A DNA stretch of 50,981 bases from Macrostomum lignano (lineage: Eukaryota): the NCBI GenBank assembly GCA_002269645.1, contig NIVC01003042.1, forward strand, positions 1 to 50,981, in the 5' to 3' direction. The notes beneath the pieces are model-generated. The model was not told the DNA's origin. It did no database searches and was given only the letters and a program-made list of their open reading frames with translations. Positions 1 through 12,399 of the stretch are shown here, piece after piece (positions within the stretch are counted from its first letter, which is position 1; each line of letters starts with the position of its first letter). Made by a program: the position numbers and the translations under genes.

Positions 1-1273
1 GCAACAGCCGCAGGCGCAGCCGCAGCAGCCGCAGGCGAAGCCGCCCAGACAGCCAATCACAATGCTCTGCCGAATCTACGTTGGCAACATTGGCTACGAT
101 ATCGACGAAGACGGCGTCCGGTGTCGCTTTCTCGCCGTTCGGATCAATTAAACGCGTGGAAAATGGGCTGGACGCTACGCCCGACTAAGCACAAGGGATT
201 TGCCTTTGTCGAATACGAACTGCCTGAGGCGGCCGCATTGGCCATTGCTGGCATGAACGGAGCACCATTGGGCATGCGCAGCATCCGGGTCAGCCGGCCA
301 AACAATGTCACCGACGCCTCCCAGGTTATTGACGAGATGATTAAGGAGTCCAATTTGCAGAATTGGCTCTACGTGGCCAATGTTAGACGCGGATTTGAGC
401 GAAGGCGATCTGCGTCTCGTGTTCGAGGCCTTCGGCTCCGTGCTCCAGTGCGTGCTGGCCCCCGCTACCGAGGCCGAGGCGGCTAACGGCGACAAGCACA
501 GGGGATTCGGTTACCTGCAGTATGAGACGGTCAGTGTATCAGTGATTTGGTTCTTGGGCGAATCAGTGATTTGGTGATTGTGTGAATCAGTGACATGGTG
601 ATTGTGTGAATCAGTGACATGGTGATTGTGCTAATCAGTGATTTGGTGATTGTGCTAATCAGTGATTTGGTGATTGTGTGAATCAGTGATATAGTGATTG
701 CGTGAATCAGTTATATAGTACTCGAGTCTTTAGGTCTATCAGTGGTGAATTATGTTTTTATTGATTTGTTAAATCTAAATATACTAAATTAATTACTAAT
801 CATGGAGACTGAATAAATAAATGCGTATTTTTGTTTGCTTTTTTTTCGAAATAAGCAAAATTAAAACATTAATTTCTTTTCATGTCTACTTGTAGTAACA
901 TTGTAAGGTGCCTTTCAAAATCAACTAGTTTTTGTAAAAAAACCTTCAGGCCCAAGAGGCTACGGAATCGATGAAGAACATGAAAACATTCGACCTCGGC
1001 GGCCAGGTGCTTCGAGTCGGCCGGGCCGCCACCGCTCCGGAGAAATCCGTGCCCCATCTGCTGCGAGAGCCGCCGCCGCCGAAAAACAACAACGCCGACC
1101 AGAGCGAATCAAGTTCGACAACGGCGACAAATTGTCAGACTGAGGCCGAGTCTGCGGCTTGTAGTTTAAAAAGCGGAGCGGCGCAAATCTTGTCCGCGGA
1201 TAACTCTGTTGCCAGGGTAACGGAGACAGCGGCAGCTAGTTGGTCTCGTGTGTGTCCCCCGCGTCTCTTCTAA
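1..1273 (+). CDS. PUF60: PUF60/half-pint-like poly(U)-binding splicing factor, 5'-truncated by window edge; exons <1-529 and 950-1273; three +1 indels (~120, ~161, ~385)
   Basis: Stitched translation gives MLCRIYVGNIGYDIDEDGVR-VAFSPFGSIKRVE-MGW..TKHKGFAFVEYELPEAAALAIAGMNGAPLGMRSIRVSRPNN (RRM1), then LYVANV-DADLSEGDLRLVFEAFGSV..KHRGFGYLQYET|AQEATESMKNMKTFDLGGQVLRVGRAATAP (RRM2). This matches recalled PUF60 motifs (CRVYVG, KHKGFAFVEY, FDLGGQYLRVG). GT at 530, AG at 948-949, phase 0. Confidence 0.85.
535..720. repeat. 24-bp minisatellite (AATCAGTGATTTGGTGATTGTGTG) at the start of the PUF60 intron
   Basis: Units start at 561, 585, etc.; about 7 copies directly after the splice donor. Confidence 0.9.
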
Positions 1274-1499
1274 ACCCTCTGTCTCCCTTTGTCATGTCTA
1301 GTGAGAGCAGTTTTATTTTCAAAAGGTTTTTTAACTGCCAACTAGTGCGAATCCAGATCGCTAAGTTCTGATATGTTGTTTACTCTCTGCAGATCTGACT
1401 TGGCCATAATACTCTCTTGGGATACTTCATTTCGTTTGTCGTACTTCCATATCCTAATGGACTAGTAATGGTAGACTATTTTCTGGGAGATTTTCAGAG

Positions 1500-2190
1500 A
1501 GCTCCGCCATTTCCACCCTTCACAGATCCTCAGTTGCTGGGGCCACCCGCCACCTTCACAGATCCTTAGTTGTTGGTGGACCACCCTCTCAAACCCTCAG
1601 TTGCTTGGCCAGACTCCCAGATCCTCAGTTGCTGGGCCACCCTCTCAAACCCTCAGTTGCTTGGCCAGCCTCCCAGATCCTCAGCTGCTGGGCCACTTGC
1701 CACCTTCACAGATCCTCAGTTGCTGGATCAGTCTCCCAGATCCTCAGTTGCTGGGCCAGCCTCCCACCCAGATCCTCAGTTGCTGGGCCAGTCTCCCAGA
1801 TCCTCAGTTGCTGGGCCAAGCCTCCCAGATCCTCAGTTGCTGGGCCAAGCCTCCCAGATCCTCAGTTGCTGGGCCAAGCCTCCCAGATCCTCAGTTGCTT
1901 GGCCAGCCTCCCAGATCCTCAGCTGCTGGGCCACTTGCCACCTTCACAGATCCTCAGTTGCTGGATCAGTCTCCCAGATCCTCAGTTGCTGGGCCAGTCT
2001 CCCAGATCCTCAGTTGCTGGGCCAGCCTCCCAGCCAGATCCTCAGTTGCTGGGCCAGTCTCCCAGATTCTCAGCTGCTGGGCCACTTGCCACCTTCCAAG
2101 ATCCTCAGTTGCTGGATCAGTCTCCCAGATCCTCAGTTGCTTGGCCAGCCTCCCAGATCCTCAGTTGCTAGGCCGTCCTCCCCAATTGCT
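1500..2190. repeat. ~27-30-bp minisatellite (CCCAGATCCTCAGTTGCTGGGCCAGCCT variants)
   Basis: More than 20 degenerate copies visible; source of the repetitive ORFs at 1570-2245. Confidence 0.95.
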
Positions 2191-3381
2191 GGGACGCCAC
2201 TACTTCAGACTGCGGCGGTTTGATATAATGCTCGTAGATAAGTAATAGATATTTTAGTTAATATGCTTCATATGTAACTGTAAATTGTATTTGTATTTAA
2301 ATGATAATGAACTTCAGTTTAAAAGTAGCATTTTGTAATTAAAGTAATGATCTGGACTTTTTAGCCAGTTTTTATGATCGAACTTGGTGTCCGAATTCCT
2401 TAACAGTAATGCCCGGGGTGCAATCGGTGTAACGCAAAACAGAATCCGAGCGCAGCTGTCTCAAGTCTTCTACCTGGATTAGATAATATTAATTAACGCG
2501 CAGCTTCTCTCCCCAGAGTCATCTAGCTAGTATGCGTAATTGTCCCTTACTCTGTCCCGTTATGGCGTTTCTAATTTGTAAAGTCTATGTATATCCTTAT
2601 TAGTATCCTTACTAGCGTAAATTTTGTCTATTATGGCAGCCTGTTTATGCGTTCTACGCTCGTAATAATAAACAATTTAATATGTCTCCGTATTCATAAT
2701 GCGCTTAATTGCAGTTTGCGAATGATTTTTTGTGCAAAGATTAAATTAATCTAGTTTGGCTTACAATTTGGCAAGTATTTATGTACTAGAAAAATTAAAA
2801 AGGCTTTTGCGACTATGATGAACTCACATACGATCGTATGCAATTTCTTTATTATATAGCTTCATTGTTCTGTCACTAAGATTGGAACTAGTTGCTATAT
2901 TCATATCTCTTTATGAATAGCCTAGCATAAATTCTCATTACATAACAGTGGCGATTCACAATCAATCAGTTCCTTATTTGTCAGTGGTAACAATGCATAG
3001 TAAACTTTGATTAAGCGAAGGCTCTCGTAAAAGGCTAGTATAGAATAAAGTTTATATATTTCCAATAAAATTGACGATTTCTTTTAACTGGTCTTCTGAC
3101 TTGCTGAATGCAGCAAATGAAGCTGACAATAGCAATGTGTGTCATAGCGTGTGTCAGGACACATACATGTAGACTTTAAATTAAGCACCTTGAATTTGGA
3201 CCCGAGATGCCAAATTGGCACCCTGCCGTTTCCCAGCTGGATTTCCATTTAATTTAAGTTACCTTTTTTAATCTGATTTAAGTTTAATGAAATTATGGCT
3301 AAAATGCTGAGCTTCGATCCCTCACCCTAACATTGTACGTAATTGGGTACAAAGCTGCAAGAATATGCAATCTGATTTTTC

Positions 3382-4427
3382 ATACTATACCTTTTTGCAA
3401 AGAGGCCAAAACTGCGATCAATTTGGCCAGGGACAGGAAAGCCATAGACATCGTGTAAAAATACTGCAACCAGTTTGGCCAAAACTGCGATCAATTTGGC
3501 CAGGGACAGGAAAGCCATAGACATCGTGTAAAAATACTGCAACCAGTTTGGCCTAAACTGCGATGATTTTGGCCAGGGACAGGAAAGCCATAGACATCGT
3601 GTAAAATACTGCAACCAGTTTGGCCTAAACTGCGATGATTTTGGCCAGGGACAGGAAAGCCATAGACATCGTGTAAAAATACTGCAACCAGTTTGGCCAA
3701 AACTGCGATCAATTTGGCCAGGGACAGGAAAGCCATAGACATCGTGTAAAAATACTGCAACCAGTTTGGCCTAAACTGCGATGATTTTGGCCAGGGACAG
3801 GAAAGCCATAGACATCGTGTAAAAATACTGCAACCAGTTTGGCCAAAACTGCGATCAATTTGGCCAGGGATAGGAAAGCCATAGACATCGTGTAAAAATA
3901 CTGCAACCAGTTTGGCCTAAACTGCGATGATTTTGGCCAGGGACAGGAAAGCCATAGACATCGTGTAAAAATACTGCAACCAGTTTGGCCAAAACTGCGA
4001 TCAATTTGGCCAGGGATAGGAAAGCCATAGACATCGTGTAAAAATACTGCAACCAGTTTGGCCTAAACTGCGATGATTTTGGCCAGGGACAGGAAAGCCA
4101 TAGACATCGTGTAAAAATACTGCAACCAGTTTGGCCTAAACTGCGATGATTTTGGCCAGGGACAGGAAAGCCATAGACATCGTGTAAAAATACTGCAACC
4201 AGTTTGACCAAAACTGCGATCAAGTTGGCCAATGCAATTTTATTGTTGTATGTCGATCTGGGCGAACTTGATCACAGTTTAGGCCAAATTGGTTGCAGTA
4301 TTTTTACACGTCAATGGGTTTCCTCTCAGCTTAGCTGGGTGAGCGGACTCGCGAAAGCGAAAGATTTTCTATCCCTGGCCAAATTGATCGCAGTTTTGGC
4401 CAACTAGATTGCAGAAAGCTATAGTAT
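3382..4427. mobile_element. Foldback/MITE-like element with imperfect terminal inverted repeats enclosing a 73-bp tandem array (~11 copies)
   Basis: Left end ATACTATACCTTTTTGCAA..GGCCAAAACTGCGATCAATTTGGCCAGGGA is the near reverse complement of 4370-4427. Unit period is 73 (3481 to 3554). An inverted partial unit lies at ~4255-4312. No TSD resolved. Confidence 0.65.
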
Positions 4428-6960
4428 ACGATGAACATTCATTGGTTAAAAAGTCCGGCCACGCTCAATAGTCCTCGGCTCGCTTCGCTTGCCCCGACAC
4501 TATTTAATGTAGTCTCTGACCACAGAGAATGGCATTTATTGTATACATATCGTAGAGGTCCCTCCCTGACTTATCTAAACCATTTTACCTCTTGTTTTAT
4601 CTATTTGCAAAAATCTCTGTCGAAATAGATGTAACTTTGTTTCTTTTGAATTTCAAATCTGCGCATGCGCGTCACTCGGGACAGTTTTATCAACAGAGTT
4701 AAAAGCGGAGATAAAAGCAACTTCACTGAGAGCTTGCGTGTTCTTCGCTCCCGGTATAAAATTTAGGCGTATAGGCTTTGTGGAATTCTTTGTGGTAGTG
4801 ACATATGCTCTTCAACTCTTATAGAAGCAGGATTTGACTAGCTCCATGCGATACTCTCAGCTCCATGCGCGTGCCTAATGCTGATGACCGTCTATACTAA
4901 GTCTGAGTAGCTTGCCTTGAGTCTAAAGTTGAATCGTCATGAGCACTTGAACAATTAAGAAGCCTTTTTTAGTTCCTCTTCAGAGTAATTAAGCCAACCA
5001 TATATTGCCACTTTCAATTTGTGTCGTCCGCAGTTTGACTGGCACTAAATTACGGGCTCAAGGCAGTGTGTGACTTTATTGCAGTGTGTGGACGACTCTC
5101 CTCAGTGTTACACTGAGGCTCTGAATTTGACATGCGGCTTACCCCCAAATGTAAGCGCTCTGCATACGTAATTGGCAGGTGCATAGTTCTCTCGGAACAA
5201 GGCGAGCGATGTAGCGGCTTAATGACGTTCTGGAATCCGGTCTCAAGAGCCTTTTGGCTAGTTACAAGCTAAAAGTTGCCACTTGGCGATAGAATTCACA
5301 TGAGCAATTAGGAATCGTATTGTCAAATTCTTTTTTTGCATTGTTAGACAGGTATGGGTTGATGAGATTAGGATAATTTTTATTGATAAAAAGTCCAGCT
5401 TTTCCTTGTAGGAATCGGTGAATGAACTTGAAAAAAATGCCGATGTGAAACTCGTTTTCTATCCGGACGCCAGAAAAAGGTTGGGAGGTTGAATCTCTGA
5501 TAGCGTTCATGGAAATTCTGAAATCCATGGACTGGAAGCTATATCAAAGCGATTCTTCATAAAGGCTGAAGGAAACTGTATATTATTCCTATAGCTGTAC
5601 TCGAACTTGAATATTTGTAGTATACGTTAAAAGAGTGAAAAATGCAGTTATTGATTCAATCTGCCTTCCGCCTTCGTGATGCCTCTCAGCATCCTTGCAT
5701 CCTATCCTTGATGGCCTCCAAGTCTCAAAATCTGGATCCTTTGAGTACCTGCAGTCACCCTATGGAAAAATCCATATACTAAAAATGATGTGAGAAAGAT
5801 TGATTTCTTAGCCTTAAGAAGTCACTTGGAATATTATTTATTATTTGCCGGTTGCATGATAAAAATTTAATATGAACTTTTGACAACTCATGCCTAAATG
5901 TAGGACTGAATGGGTAATAAAATTTATATAATTGTCACTCACATAAAATGAAATGTATTTCCTCGTATTTACCTTTAATGCATGTAGTTTTAATATAATC
6001 GTATAGCTTGAAATTGAAAGTGTGTAACACCACACGGTTCGACCTTTGAATATACTATTGTATCGTATTTCGCCTCGCTTAAACAGCTTAAAATCTTCGC
6101 TGCAAATTGAAGCCTGAGCGAAAGCTATGGGGCACGCAAGCCGCTTTCGGTAAACGCCTACTATAGCAGAATGAATGCAAATTGACCGTCCTGGCGGGTC
6201 TCATTACACCGACGTGACCAACGCATTAAGCCTGGCAGTCACGCGTCTTGTGTCCCTCATTTGCGGCAGAGGCTGATAGTGGGAATCGTATACAATACAA
6301 GGGGAGAAAATGCAAATGGCAATTAAGAAATCAAATGTGGGACAGTTCAGCCCGACGTGTTGAGTACTGACAGAGGTTGGGATTTAAGTCCCAGGCCCAT
6401 GCCGGCCCTCGAAAGCTTCGGAATCTCCTTAGTCAGGAGAGACGAATTCATTTCCCCTTTCTCTTGGGATCTGCCGAAGCGGGCATGCACTCTTGCCCCG
6501 ATCGGAGAGTATCGAATTTCGAGCATTTTTATCTCGCGAGCAGTCAGCTGCGTGAGCTCAAGTCAAATTACCATGGAGATATTTACTATGTGCTACTTTA
6601 TTGTTTTATTTTTTCAAGAAAGCTTCCATCACTTTTAATGGAATAGTGAATGTTTCGCTGTTGGAAGACCGCCAATAGTCTTTGAAGCCCTTCAACTGCT
6701 TTTAAAAGCACCTGTTACAATTCAAACTGTTGAGCCCTTCCAGTCCTAACAGTCATTTTGAAACCATTTGATCATTTAAACTTTCGTCATCTCCCAAAGA
6801 AATCTGTGTGCAATTCTAATTTTGTCCAAATCGATATGCTTCAGTGCCGTCGATTGAGAAAATCGTGCAAGTCTACAACAATTTTGATTCTTTTACACTA
6901 CAAGGCATCACTGATACATTTATTTGAAGTAGCTATGCTTTTGCTAAAAAAGCTTATCAG

Positions 6961-7233
6961 GTAGACGTATCCAGACGTGTCTATAGACCTGTAGCATTGT
7001 CTCTAGACGTGTCTCAGTGCCTCTAAACGTGCTTCAGTGTCTTTAGACGTGGGTCAGTGTTTCTAGACGTGCGTCAGTGTATCTAGACATACGTCAGTGT
7101 CTCTAGACGTGCGTCAGTGTATCTAGACATACGTCAGTGTCTCTAGACGTGCGTCAGTGTCACTAGACATACGTCAGTGTCTCTAGACGTGCGTCAGTGT
7201 CACTAGACATACGTCAGTGTCTCTAGACGTGCG
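6961..7233. repeat. 20-bp minisatellite (GTCTCTAGACGTGCGTCAGT), degenerate copy
   Basis: About 13 units; same unit and orientation as 11735-12399. Confidence 0.9.
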
Positions 7234-7775
7234 GTATTGTCCCTTGACACTTGATTTTATTTCTATTTCAAATCTATTAATTTCTATCGATTTGTCTTCG
7301 GTATGCTGGTAACAGAAATACGAAGAGAAGTATAGGGGGGGGAGCTTAGTAAATAATTAGCCTCGCTAATTATCCCAGTTCTCGAATCCCCTGAATTCCC
7401 CACTGTGGGTAATTCATTTTGCGACAATTATCGGACGCAAATTTGCATTCGAAATTCTCTGCCAATTCTTTTCGAATTGCTTGCAGGCCAAATAAGTGAG
7501 TTAGCCGCCTAATTCGAATTCGCAGTAATGAAAGCTCATTCACCACTTCCAGTCTCACGCGTGAGCAGATTTCACGCTTCATCAATTGCTCAAGTGTAGA
7601 ACGTGACTTAATTCTTTCTGCGAATACTTCTCCGCTCTTCAGCTTATATAGTGATCCCACATTCGACAGTTAGTTCCGCTGTTTGCTCCCATCTGAGCCA
7701 CGTACTATAGCTTCTTAGGATACTCTTCGGTTTGACTGCTAGTTATTATATATACACATGAATATAGCTATAAGC

Positions 7776-7992
<217 letters not shown>

Positions 7993-8799
7993 GACATTAT
8001 CTATGCACTCATTATACCAGGAGTATTGTCTAATTCTAGTTGAAATACTGTGGAGTTATTAGCATAAAATTTGCCATAATACAAAGTCAGACCCAGGTCC
8101 CAAAGAACACGGGAAGAGCAGGTCAGCCGGTGTCAACCCCTGGTCTAAGTACATTGGCTATATACAAACGATGAAAATGGTGCAGACTAAAGGCAATAAG
8201 CGAATTTAGCTCAAGTTTGATGGAGAAATGCATTAAATATTGAAATTGGTTCGTCACATGACAGACTGGGCCAGTCACTCTCTCACCTAGTAGCAGCGGA
8301 GATGGCGGCTCAGGCGCCCCGCGAGGATGTTTTCGCTGGTGGGCATTCTGTGAGGATTAAGTCAAACCCTTCGGGCGAGTTTGGAGTTGTCCCAGCTAAA
8401 TAGTGAGATTAAGCTGATAAAAACGCCTGCGTTAACTTTGAGTTTCCTTAATGCACTCGTGTGCCGCAGAAAGCTATTATTGACTGCAGAAGAATATACT
8501 AGCTAACCATTCGCTTATCTTGAGTACGATCTTAAGCAACTACAAACCTACTGCTCAACTATATTGGCCTGGACTTCTCACCACAGATCGGAACTTTGCT
8601 AAGCATGACAAGTCGCCGCGTTGACTAAATTTAAAGCGTGTTTCTGGCTTATCGCTTGTTAAAGTTAATGAACTCTAAATTCTACTATTGAACCTGCCAT
8701 GGAGTTCTGCATGTGTGATGCATGTGACGAATTTTGTTAGTTTAGTTTGATGTGGCGTTGCCTTGAGCTGACGCACCAAAAAAGATATAATTAACAATC

Positions 8800-9980
8800 C
8801 ATGAACTCAATTTGCAATCTCTTTAATCAATTTGCGATCCCAAAACCCAATTTGCTATCTAGGAAACCAAGTATGCAACCCAGGAAACCCAATTTACAAT
8901 CCAGGAAACCCAATTTGCAATCCAGGAAACCCAATTTGCGATCCCAAAACCCAATTTGCAATCCAGGAAACCCAATTTGCAATCCAGGAAACCCAATTTG
9001 CAATCCAGGAAACTCAATTTGCAATCTCTTAAGTCAATTTGCGATCCCAAAACCCAATTTGCAATCCAGGAAACCCAATTTGCAACCCAGGAAACCCAAT
9101 TTGAAATCCAGGAAACCCAATTTGAAATCCAGGAAACCCAATTCGCAATCCAAGAAACTAAATATGCAATCCAGGAAACCCAATTTGCAATCCAGGAAAC
9201 CCAATTTGCAATCCAGGAAACCCAATTTGCAACCCAGGAAACCCAATTTGCAATCCAGGAAACCCAATTTGCAATCCAGGAAACCCAATTTGCAACCCAG
9301 GAAACCCAATTCGCAATCCAGGAAACCCAATTTGCAACCCAGGAAACCCAATTCGCAATCCAAGAAACTAAATATGCAATCCAGGAAACCCAATTTGCAA
9401 TCCAGGAAACCCAATTTGCAATCCAGGAAACCAAATTTGCAATCCAGGAAATCAAATTTGCAATCCAGGAAACCAAATTTGCTATCCAGGAAACCCAATT
9501 TGCAATCCAGGAAACCCAATTTGCAATCCAGGAAACCAAGTATGCAACCCAGGAAACCCAATTTACAATCCAGGAAACCCAATTTGCAATCCAGGAAACC
9601 CAATTTGCAATCCAGGAAACCCAATTTGCGATCCCAAAACCCAATTTGCTATCCAGGAAACCCAATTTGCAATCCAGGAAACCCAATTTGCAATCCAGGA
9701 AACCAAGTATGCAACCCAGGAAACCCAATTTGAAATCCAGGAAACCCAATTTGAAATCCAGGAAACCCAATTTGAAATCCAGGAAACCCAATTCGCAATC
9801 CAGGAAACCCAATTTGAAATCCAGTAAACCTAATTTGCAATCCAGGAAACCCAATTCGCAATCCAGGAAACCCAATTTGAAATCCAGGAAACCCAATTTG
9901 CAATCCAGGAAACCCAATTTGCAATCCAGGAAACCCAATTTGAAATCTCCCGGAAAACAAATATGCAACCCAGAGATCTA
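8800..9980. repeat. 21-bp minisatellite (AATCCAGGAAACCCAATTTGC), ~55 copies
   Basis: Directly visible. Unit length is a multiple of 3, which explains the long repetitive ORFs on both strands. Confidence 0.97.
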
Positions 9981-10702
9981 ATTTGCTTTGCAGAAACCAA
10001 CTTGGACCTCAGGAACCCACATCCCAGAACGCTTCTGTTTCTGGCAGAAACTACCTGTGACTTTGGTTGCCCAAAAAACTGACGTTCGAATCAAACAAGA
10101 TTCAGCCTAGTTTGAGAGCCCCTTTTAGAAGTTAAGCATTTGCTAGTGTACATCTTCACAGTCGCCACCATGAGACCACTGTTTCAAAGTTGATTCAAAA
10201 AACGGAACCTTCGTGTTCAAGCATTCAGAAAATAAACGGCAGCAAAGTTTTCCTAGAAAGCTTTCCTCTATCGGTTCTGTCATGCAACGACAACTAATTA
10301 AGCATTCAGGATAAGGGAAAGTGTCCCGCTGTTTGCTGCGAAACAACAGTCAAACATTTGGCCAGGGAGCTTGGCCGCTATAGTTAGTGCAATAATGCTT
10401 AAAGCTAGCGGCAAAGTGTTGGGAGGAAATAATGGCCGTGCAAAAACTTAAGAGAGGCGTTAGAAAATATCCGTCTTAAACACCCGGTTGCTTGATGACG
10501 GAAGCCATAAGGACTTCCTCTATTCTCTCTGTGAAAGTCCCCTGAATCTTTCTCGCTTAATGAAAGTCAACTACGAGTAGCTCACCAGAAGCCCCCCCCG
10601 CAGAAGAGAAGGAGTTGACTGTTTTCATGTTTTCATCTGAGAGCCACTCTCATTGGAGCCCCGGGCCCAGTGTTTGTGCGAGGAGGCTGGGGTGTTGCAG
10701 AC

Positions 10703-10874
10703 TATAAAAGTTACAGACGGGAGAGTGGAATTAATTTTTTCACGCTCCTTTTTTGCTTACTATAGTTTTATAAAAGAGACATTACCAGCTGCACCCAGTA
10801 AGTGGCTTTGAACTGACTGTTCAAAATTTCTAATACAATTATTGGCAACCAATACTGATCTTTCTTTTCTTCAG
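10703..10874 (+). promoter_or_regulatory. Candidate TATA box (10703-10710) and 77-nt 5'UTR intron (10798-10874) of the prohormone gene
   Basis: TATAAAAG at 10703 (second copy at 10769); GTAAGT at 10798; CTGAT branch-like site near 10855; TTTCTTTTCTTCAG acceptor ending 10874, 35 nt before the ATG. Confidence 0.55.
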
Positions 10875-10909
10875 GCGCTAATAAAAGTTATTCCACATCA
10901 AACGCCGTC

Positions 10910-11287
10910 ATGAGCAGTCGTGGAATCTCCGCCATCCCGATGGCCACCATTGTCGCTGCCGTAGTCTGCCTGCTCATCGCCACCTGCGCCGCCGTGCCAG
11001 CCGTCGAGCAGCAGAGTCGCCATCAGGTCGAGCGTCGCTCCGCCGGCGGCGGCGCCGGAGGTCCCGGTGAGGACGACTTCTACAAGCTGTTCATGGTGAA
11101 GCGGATGCTGGAGAACCAGCACCACCACCAGCACCAACAGCGACTGCAGCGTCGTGGCGGCGACTTTGACCGCCTGATGAACCAGCTGGAGAGACTGAAC
11201 CGCGACAACGCCGGAGCCAACGCCGACTCCATGATCTTCCGGCTGAGGAAGCGGCTGCAGGAGTCCGGCCGGGCCCAGCAGCACTAA
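10910..11287 (+). CDS. Secreted neuropeptide-type prohormone, 125 aa
   Basis: Hydrophobic signal peptide (..TIVAAVVCLLIATCAA) and four basic cleavage sites (RR, KR, RR, RKR). No Cys after the signal peptide. GC3-rich codons contrast with AT-rich flanks. Confidence 0.8.
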   Translation: MSSRGISAIPMATIVAAVVCLLIATCAAVPAVEQQSRHQVERRSAGGGAGGPGEDDFYKLFMVKRMLENQHHHQHQQRLQRRGGDFDRLMNQLERLNRDNAGANADSMIFRLRKRLQESGRAQQH

Positions 11288-11734
11288 TTCGGTTAAAGAA
11301 TGGCTGTCAGGAAGCGCGCTGTGGGGAGGGGAGCTGGGCACCGCAGTCCGCACTGTCTATGACGTCACCGCCCCTAACCTGTACACCCCGAGTGTTTCCA
11401 GCTACACCCCACCTATGCTGCGGCAGCCTCTATCGGAGCATTCGCAACGCGCTAAAAACATTAAAAAGCAATGATCGAGCGATTGAAGGATTAGTGAAAC
11501 GAGAAAAATATACACATATTTATAAAAACCCAATGACTTATAGCCGGACACAGAGCGCTTGATTGCCTGTGACTGGGATAATGCAATTGAAACTACTGTA
11601 TATTGTCGTGTGCTGTTATTTTGCATCGGATAAAAACTATTTTCCTTCTCACAGTTAGCAGTCAGCAGTCAAGATTCCAAATATCTCACCAAACCCTCTG
11701 CATAACTGATTAGCTGTCATCAATAATGAACATG

Positions 11735-12399
11735 ACGTACTAGACGTTTCTCTAGACGTGCGTCAGTGTCTCTAGACGTGCGTTAGTGTCTCTAGACGTG
11801 CGTTAGTGTCTCTAGACGTGCGTTAGTGTCTCTAGACGTGCGTCAGTGTCTCTAGACGTGCGTTAGTGTCTCTAGACGTGCGTCAGTGTCTCTAGACGTG
11901 CGTTAGTGTCTCTAGACGTGCGTTAGTGTCTCTAGACGTGCGTTAGTGTCTCTAGACGTGGGTTAGTGTCTCTAGACGTGCGTTAGTGTCTCTAGACGTG
12001 CGTCAGTGTCTCTAGACGTGCGTTAGTGTCTCTAGACGTGCGTTAGTGTCTCTAGACGTGCGTTAGTGTCTCTAGACGTGCGTCAGTGTCTCTAGACGTG
12101 CGTTAGTGTCTCTAGACGTGCGTTAGTGTCTCTAGACGTGCGTTAGTGTCTCTAGACGTGGGTTAGTGTCTCTAGACGTGCGTCAGTGTCTCTAGACGTG
12201 CGTCAGTGTCTCTAGACGTGCGTCAGTGTCTCTAGACGTGCGTCAGTGTCTCTAGACGTGCGTTAGTGTCTCTAGACGTGCGTTAGTGTCTCTAGACGTG
12301 GGTTAGTGTCTCTAGACGTGCGTCAGTGTCTCTAGACGTGCGTCAGTGTCTCTAGACGTGCGTCAGTGTCTCTAGACGTGCGTCAGTGTCTCTAGACGT
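11735..12399. repeat. 20-bp minisatellite (GTCTCTAGACGTGCGTYAGT), ~33 near-perfect copies
   Basis: Directly visible; exact 20-bp period. Confidence 0.98.

Noticed and set aside
1570-2245. Long ORFs on both strands
   Set aside because: Translations of the minisatellite; no unique coding sequence.
8801-9981. 300-370-aa repeat proteins
   Set aside because: The 21-bp unit keeps frames open on both strands; no splice or codon evidence of coding.
10898-11353. Antisense 151-aa ORF over the prohormone
   Set aside because: Shadow ORF expected from GC3-rich codon usage on the plus strand.
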